Source of the DNA: Epiperipatus broadwayi
Taxonomy: Eukaryota > Animalia > Onychophora
Length of the DNA: 64,000 bases
NCBI GenBank assembly: GCA_028023455.1
Contig: JAQFVV010000001.1
Span: 6,758,001 to 6,822,000 of the forward strand
Direction: 5' to 3'
A model generated the notes under the pieces. The model did not search any database, had not been told where the DNA came from, and was given only the letters and a program-made list of their open reading frames with translations. Of this stretch, positions 56,700-64,000 are shown in pieces. The translations under genes and the position numbers were made by a program. Every line of letters starts with the position of its first letter. The first letter of the stretch is position 1.

Positions 56700-58300
56700 A
56701 TCATTTGGTTCATTGCAATTTTATGAATATTGAGAGTAGACATAAAATCCCTTTCCTCCTTTCGGTATTTAATATGATTCCCACTGGTAAATTCTAAAAT
56801 ACATTAAACAGCCTTATATATTTTTTTCTAGTTTATTAATTTTATATCATAAATTCAGAATATTTCAACAGTACATTTAACCAATATTGGGTTTAAAGGG
56901 GAAAGGATTTTAAAATGTGAATCTAAAGTTGGTGTATTTTATTTGTATTTTACTACTGGTTTATAAACAATTTATAGATTGATGGTGGCTGGTAGAATTC
57001 CACTAAATTCATTGTGTACATAGTGAAATATATTTATAACTGATTATCATTATGAATAACAATTTAATGAATCTGTGAGAGCGAGTACTAAATAAGGCTA
57101 AATGTTCATAGTTGATGATGGGTGGAAGTGACTATTTTATGGCTGTGAATTTTCTGTAGGATGTACTTGGTTTTTTATTTTATACTGGAATTATTGTATT
57201 AGGAAGTCGTTAGTATTTTGCAGTGTTGTGTAGATATCCGACACAATATCTTATATGGTGATCATGATCTTAATGAATATGCTTGGATGGTATGATATAT
57301 TAAGGAAGTTGTTGATCTCTTATTATGTATTTTTTGTACCCATATAGGTGCTGATAGACCCCTGGATATTTAATTCAAGTATATTCAGACATGACCCTAG
57401 ACTAATACTATTATTGTCAATGCAGACTTGACTCTTTAATGGCCACATTGCTAATGTTACCCTACACATCGGGCAGTAAGTCATTGTCATGTAAATGTTT
57501 ATTGTCCATTAGTTGTTAATGATGAATAGCTTAGAGAAGGTATGCAAAGTATATTTTTACAGGTTAAATAAATATTTGTAATCCCGCTAACCTCACATTT
57601 AATCTAAGTTAAAGTAATGTACTAAGGAAGTTGTTGAAATCAATAATGCAATCCGTTCACTCTAATAGATTCAAGGTTTTGTAGCTGTTTGTTTTATGCT
57701 TTATTAAAATAATAAATTTAAACAACATAAATAAATATCTTATGGATAAATTAGAGAATCCATAAACAGTGGAATCAGATATGAATGTCATTCATACTTA
57801 TTTGAACCTATGGAAAGTATGTAATTGCGATAAATTGGTATGTTAATTTTATTGATTCTCAAAATGGAATAATTTCCATAATAAGGTATTATATTATCGA
57901 ACTTATTATCATTTTATTATAATTTTTTGTGAACATCAATAATGCTCACTTATGATATTATTTCGGGGTAGCTTGGCAAGTACCAGAATTTAGTTGTGGA
58001 CATTTAATATTCTATTTTATTTTAATATTAAAATTATTTTTTTCTGTTGTATGTACTATCTGTAAATAAAATGTAAATATCAGTGTAAATAAATGTTAGT
58101 GTAGTCTTTGTAGTGTGCTAGTTATTGCTTTTGCGTTCATAATTATTCCAAATCACTAATCACCAATTCAGTTAATTTCTCATAAATTACAGTATGATGG
58201 AAATGTTATCGACTACATATTTCAATATCATTATCAATCCATCATTGCAATCATAAATGCTGATTATCACTTACTCTTTGGGATTTGAGAAATAGGATTA
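56700..58300 (-). mobile_element. Decayed Penelope-like RT relic
   Basis: KFWYLPSYPEIIS (about 57980; like KFYGLPK..RPIIS) and FLNISYHPSIFIKIMI (about 57290; like YLNFxSHHP) are collinear on the minus strand. Confidence 0.5.
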
Positions 58301-59060
58301 TTTAAATTATTTAATGAATGATTAATAGAATCCATTGTTATTTTCCAGTTATAATCAAATACCTGTAGCATGATTTAAGCACTATGGTTTATGCATAATT
58401 CAATCAATAGAAAGTATAATATGCTAGTTGTCAAATCAATTAATCAACTTGTAATGTGTATTGTTCACTATATAAATCATTTTAATATCGCAACCAGATA
58501 AAAGATCCAAGCCAGACTATTAGTTATAATGTCATCTAGTTATGCTGGTACCTTAGCACATGGAATGGCAGTATAATGAACCCTCTTGCCTAACTTAAGT
58601 GCGCCTTGATTTGGACATATCAAGATTAGAACTCTGAGATATAAATATGAAAATGTTTTTATTATTTAACTGCATCATACAAGTGATGTAGCAAATAAAG
58701 CTGGAAGGCAACAGTTCATGATGTGCAACAATTTTGCTGATGACCAATAATTGGGGAACAGTTGTTTTTAATATATCGGTAATAGCAATTACTCTAAGAG
58801 AGTTTATCCATCTGATATCAGAAAACTAAATGATTAAAAGTAGAATCGCAGTATATATAATTATATGATGAAAATATGATTGCTTAAATACACATTCCAT
58901 TATCATGGATAGTGCAGAGAGACTTCTGATAACTATGTCCTATACCAATCTAATAAATAAAGATAATAAAGTAAAACAGAGAGAAAAATGTAAGAGAAAG
59001 TAGAAGATATTGTTTGTATGCAAACAATATCTAGCTATTCATGGCTATCAATCTTAATTT

Positions 59061-59074
59061 ACAACAACAACAAC

Positions 59075-59122
<48 letters not shown>

Positions 59123-59154
59123 CATCATCATCATTATTATTATTATTATTATTT
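59061..59154. repeat. Compound trinucleotide microsatellite (CAA)n(TAA)n(TCA)n(TTA)n
   Basis: Direct reading. Confidence 0.96.
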
Positions 59155-60478
59155 ATCAAGTATAAAAAGAATAATAAAAATTTGAGATTCAATTTGTAGA
59201 TTTATTAATAGTATATAGTATAATGAAATATAAGAACTTATTTACATGTATTGTTTATAATACTGATTCAAAACGACAATTTTTTAAGAAATTCATAAAA
59301 TATTATTAAATAAATTATTTTTATTAAATATAAATTAATAATTACTTTTTTCTGTACCAAAACATATCTTCAATCAATAAACTGATTTTAATTATATTCA
59401 GGTTAAACATGATTCGATTAATTTATAATAGATTTTATCTGGTTTTTGATTTTATTGAAAGCATTAAAATAATCAAAAATTATCAATGCATTACCTAGGA
59501 AAATTCTGATGAGCTATCCATATCAATCTCACCTAACTAATTATTGTTAATTAAATCTATTCACTTACGACAAATGTATGTGCATGTGGGATGCAAATAG
59601 TAATTATTGTCAATGTCTACAAAATAGCTAGAAAGGTATGTGCGTAAATCTATATTATAAGTCAAATTTCTGGTATTGCAAAATAATCACATTTTTAATG
59701 TTACATTCATACTGACTTGTTCTAACAAATAGCGCATTTGTTGATAATGGGGCTAAAAAAATTTAAATCAAAATATTTGCATTATAATAACAATATTCTT
59801 ATTGCAACTTCTTAGAAAATACTACAATCGTGTTAAGAACAATACTTACAATCATGCTGACTTATAACTATTAGGTATATTTCCAATGACATCTTATTTG
59901 ATAAATTATTTTAGGTCTATATACACAATTAATAACCCTTCAAGGATGATCATTCTGAAGAATATTGCTACTGTTGGCTGAGCCTTGTTCTAATCTCACA
60001 GAAACTAATTAATCCTTCTTTATTCTTAGAGTTAATATAATGTATTAAATACACTGACAAGCATTACAATTACCAAATGCAAATTAATCTTTAAAGCCAA
60101 TCATTTCTTAAGAAATCTTGATGTTTTCTTATTATGATTTGTATGTCTTCTTGATTAAATATTGTAGTAGGTTAGTGATAATTAGAGCTCATAGTTTTTG
60201 GATCTTGTCTGAATTTTGTCATTTTTGGATCTCGAACTTCATGCAAGCTCCCAAACAACAAACTATTCCATTTTTTCGTTTATGATTTATAGCGGAAGGT
60301 TCTGAAATGCCTGCTATAAAAAAATAAAAAGGATTTAACCTATTTATTCAGTACACTGAATGTTTATAAAAATAAATAAGGAATTTGAACTTAGAATTTT
60401 TAGTCTATATTTATCCTCAACTCCATTTTAAACAACTGATATGCATGATCACACACATATAAAAAAGATAAATGATCC

Positions 60479-60520
60479 CCAATATACGTATTTCATGAAG
60501 AAGCAGCACTCATCAGTTGG
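60479..60520 (-). ncRNA. Family B type I minimal HHR (core intact)
   Basis: Reverse complement: CCAA CUGAUGA GUG cugcuucuu CAU GAAA UACGUA U A UUGG. 4-bp stem I, palindromic stem III AUACGUAU, AUA cleavage triplet. Confidence 0.85.
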
Positions 60521-60938
60521 CCAGATCACAATTTCTCACACATATTTACAATCAGTGCTTTGCTTATATTAAGATAATTCCTAAAACTTTAGTGGATAGG
60601 CTTCAATCTTCTCACCCTTCCAACAATTCAACCATCCATTTCATTAAAAAATCAATGATACAATGCTCAAATCCCTTGGTGGATTTGACATTGTAGGCAT
60701 AGCCATATACACATTACATCAATTCAATCACTCATATTATTGGACCATTACATATCCATTTATATGAATAAGAAAGGGATGGACTGAACTTATGAACATT
60801 TCATCATTGCTGTTTCAATGAAGTGAATAATCGAACTGTTGGAAGGGTGAGAAGATTGAAGACTGCCCATAGAAATTTTAAGAAATTGCTATTTTCATAT
60901 TTGCTATCTTCATAAAAGCTGAGGGTAAATATAATGTA

Positions 60939-62103
60939 ATCGGGCTTGGCCACTTGATGGCAGTCAAAAACAATATGTTCGGGGCCGCGTTATATTTTTA
61001 AATCGAATCGCTGGTTTTTTTTTTTGGTTATTAATTTATTGATTGCTATAACTTTTTTTTTCATGCCTTTTTATTAAAAAAGTTGTTTAATTTTAATTTT
61101 GTATTTAGTAAACGACAACCTTTTTTTTTATTTTTAAATCGTTGTTTTTGGACAAAGCTGCAACTCTGTGATGTCTACTTAGTGATGTCTTTCGCTTAAT
61201 TATTGGTAAACGACAACCTTTTTTTTATTTTTAAATTGCTGTTTTTGGACAAAGCTGCTACTCTGTGATGTCTATTTAGCGATGTCTTTCGCATAATTAT
61301 TGCTTTCTACATAACAAAACAACTATGTAGGGTTAGGGTTAGTTTTAGGATTAGGTTTAGGGTTAGTTTTAGGGTTAGTTAGGGTTAATTTTAGGGTTAG
61401 TTTTATGGTTAGTGTTCTGTTGTTTGTAATGCTAAAATAAAAGATATCAAAATCGTAACCGTACTCAGACAGTAGAAAGAAACTCAAACTTTTTTAAACA
61501 ACAACAAACACATATAAATGTCTTATTTACTTATTAAACATGTTTATAATATGTGCTTTCTATGAAATTTACAAAAAAATGTGTATATTTTTATTGGACA
61601 GCAGAAATACTCGACTTCTGTTTTCGGCAACTGCGGAAAAAGTTATGCGATCGCCAGCCATTTTATGAACTACGTGGTATTTCACATGAAAACGAGATTT
61701 CGCACGCGAACTCGGTCAAATTCTGTTGACGTACCCTCTGCAAGCTTTTACACATAACACCTTCTCTAAATAAGGGTGTGTCCATTTGGAAAATTACTAT
61801 AAAGTCAGGTTTCTTAAATTCATTACAAATACAAAGATTGTGTAACGTATATTGTAAAAATTTGACTAAGCAAACTACACACACATATACATCAAATTGT
61901 ACATGAAAGATAAGTGTGTGGATTCACAGTAACTGTCGCAAAGCAGAAATAGGCCATATTATTTCTGTGTTACGTCATCATCAATGGCCTTCTAATGGCT
62001 AAGACAAACATTAGATGTTTTCTATAGCCATAAGTCAGGCCTTGTAAATGGCATTTGTTAGTGTTTTGGTGAGACAGAATGCCATCAAGTGGCCAAGCCC
62101 GAT
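60939..62103. mobile_element. Non-autonomous DNA transposon (about 1.16 kb) with perfect TIRs
   Basis: (ta)atcgggcttggccacttgatggca at 60937-60962 is exactly inverted at 62080-62105. TSD is ambiguous (TA if the ends are ATCGGG, AT if CGGG). Internal 98-bp duplication at 61108-61303. No transposase ORF. CpG retained. Confidence 0.9.
61328..61412 (+). repeat. Degenerate TTAGGG-containing array (about 12-bp ttttagggttag period) inside the TIR element
   Basis: tagggttagggttagttttaggattaggtttagggttagttttagggttagttagggttaattttagggttag. Confidence 0.9.
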
Positions 62104-63019
62104 TAGGTTATAAGTACAAAGCTGAGTACTGATTGTGTATATGTATGGGAGATTATGATCTGTCCCACCGGTTCTGCACAAAATACATATATTGATGATT
62201 ATTTATCTTTTTCACGTGTGTGGTCATGTGTATCACTTGTTTGAAATGGAGTGAAGGATGAGTATAGACTGAAAATTCTAAGTTCAAATTCTTCTGTTTA
62301 ATAATAAGGAATGTATTAATATAATTCTTTTTTTTTCTTGTTTTTAACTTCTTTTTTTTTTTCAACATAGTTTCATTTTTAAAAAATATATTTTTAATTA
62401 CAAAAAAAAATATTTTTATTACATTCTCAAATAAAATAAAATATTTATTTTTGCAGGTGTTGAAAAACTTCTGCTTAGTTTTCAGCTTATTAAAGAAGTT
62501 CCATTTTATATAATCTGTAAGTCAAATTTAATATCACCTTATGTATATATAAAATTTTGTTGTTGTTGTTGTTTTGGGCTAGTATTATATGATTTCCTAT
62601 TTTATTTATTATTACTAATATAGTGGTAGGAAGTATTTAAGTTTTCAATAAGTGTATGTTTGTATGTATGTACGTATTATTATTGTAATAGATACATAGT
62701 TCCGTATGAAACTTTACTAGAAGGTGCCACTAGATAATAAATCTAGACTTCCTTTCTAATCAAATTGTAATTTAATATCGAGAATTAATATAAGAAAATA
62801 CGAAAGAAAGAAGTTTAGTTTACTAGCAAAGTCACACACAAAAATGCAGGGGAGTTATAAATTATAAACTGAAACTCTTCTAATTAATAATAAATCTTGA
62901 AATAAAAGACATGTTTGCCCATTATGAGTTACATTTGGACATCTACATCAAAATAATATATTATTAAATAAAATAATTTATTTAAGAAAAAGTCAAATAA
63001 CAATGCCATTGTAATACTT

Positions 63020-63230
63020 CCCAATATCTAAATTAATACATCAAAATCAACAAGTACATGTATGATATCCTTATCTTAATACCTAGTAACACAGTAACCT
63101 ATACACTGAAAGCTATAAAACTAAGCACTGAGTGAAATGTCTGTTACATATAAGCTTAACTTTCTATTGTAATATCCTAGGCAATGGCATAGAAACAACC
63201 ACTACTCTTAAAATACTTTATATATAAAAT
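63020..63230 (+). mobile_element. Family E repeat copy, homologous to 51600-51860 (-)
   Basis: See the 51.6-kb entry; homology extends upstream (atacttcccaatatctaaattaatacatcaaaatcaacaa vs aaacttgccaataccgaaattagtatataaaatgaacaa). Confidence 0.6.
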
Positions 63231-64000
63231 ATTTAAATATTAATTCATCATTATAGCAATATTATTTATAAAGATATAAACATTACCCATGCTTAAAAAA
63301 GTATTCATTACAAAAACAAAGTCTTTATAAAAATGAAGCCATTGAAAATTTATAACCGAAACTAACCAACAAATATCAAATTAAACATATTAAATATATA
63401 ATAAATATTTATCATTATTTAAACAATCATTATTTAAATTATAAATATCATTAAATAACTCCGATTATATATTTCATAATTTTTATTGAAATATGACATC
63501 TATAAAATAAAATAAATTATCATTTATTTCATCTGTATTATTTTGAACATTATATTTAAAACATTTTAAATACAATATTTAAGAATTGACAATTTATAGA
63601 TAATTAATATCAGCATATTTATGTGAAATACAATTTATTCTAAATAAAAAGTATTTAATAAAGATTTATAAATTGTTTTGTGATTTTAACTTGTTTGCCA
63701 GTAGAAACTGTTAATGTTATCCAAATTTAAGATAAAGCAAATGATTCTTCTTTCATAATAATTCTTCATTTAAAATATAGAAAAAAGATCTAAATGAAGA
63801 TGTAAAAAAATCATGATTTTTGCATCAGTTGATTATGAAGTAATCCTATTTATGATAAATGAAAACATGAAGCATTATATCCATTTGAGTCTTGGTTTCC
63901 AAATTCTTGTAACAAAACTATTTATTTACAAGTTCATTTTGAGAATTTCAAAATCTAACGCTTTCTTTTTAATTCCTGTAGCCTACTATTCTGTTCACCT

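Larger units (their letters stand above)
60375..62312. mobile_element. Family B head-to-head insertion (minus arm about 60381-60832; plus arm 60833-62302 interrupted by a TIR element), probable 10-bp TSD
   Basis: 60590-60630 is inverted to 60836-60870, and 60381-60510 is inverted to about 62170-62292 (roughly 80%). aataaggaat occurs at 60375-60384 and 62303-62312. Confidence 0.78.

Noticed and set aside
58735-58770. CTGATGA CCAA taa TTGG GGAA CAGTTG TT
   Set aside because: Good stem II but GGAA instead of GAAA and no stem I; at best a decayed relic.
61328-61412. True or interstitial telomere
   Set aside because: Short, degenerate and enclosed within a TIR element.

Overview
AT-rich (about 25% GC by eye) eukaryotic DNA, probably from an invertebrate animal (species not identifiable from the sequence). 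The window is mostly repeat-derived and has no intact recognisable host gene; there are only candidate spliced exons near 100-1029 (-) and 37.8-38.0 kb (+). It contains decayed LINEs (CR1/L2-like, RTE, a younger L1/Tx1-like copy at 33.3-36.1 kb), a Buster-type hAT relic, a 1.16-kb TIR element, a gag-like coiled-coil relic and a 2.5-kb compound microsatellite. The dominant signal is a set of Penelope-like element (PLE) fragments and short non-coding elements carrying minimal type I hammerhead ribozymes (HHRs) with palindromic stem III. At least three non-coding families occur as circularly permuted or terminally redundant monomers: A (434 bp), B (about 480 bp) and C (about 335 bp). They are mostly inserted as two arms in head-to-head orientation, in several cases between apparent target-site duplications (TSDs). 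This fits retrozyme-like circular RNAs integrated by PLE machinery through priming from both target ends. Family C has this architecture and conserved hairpins but no canonical HHR that I could find, so it is a candidate for an unrecognised ribozyme or circularisation mechanism. All alignments, folds and counts were done by eye; no database searches were run.
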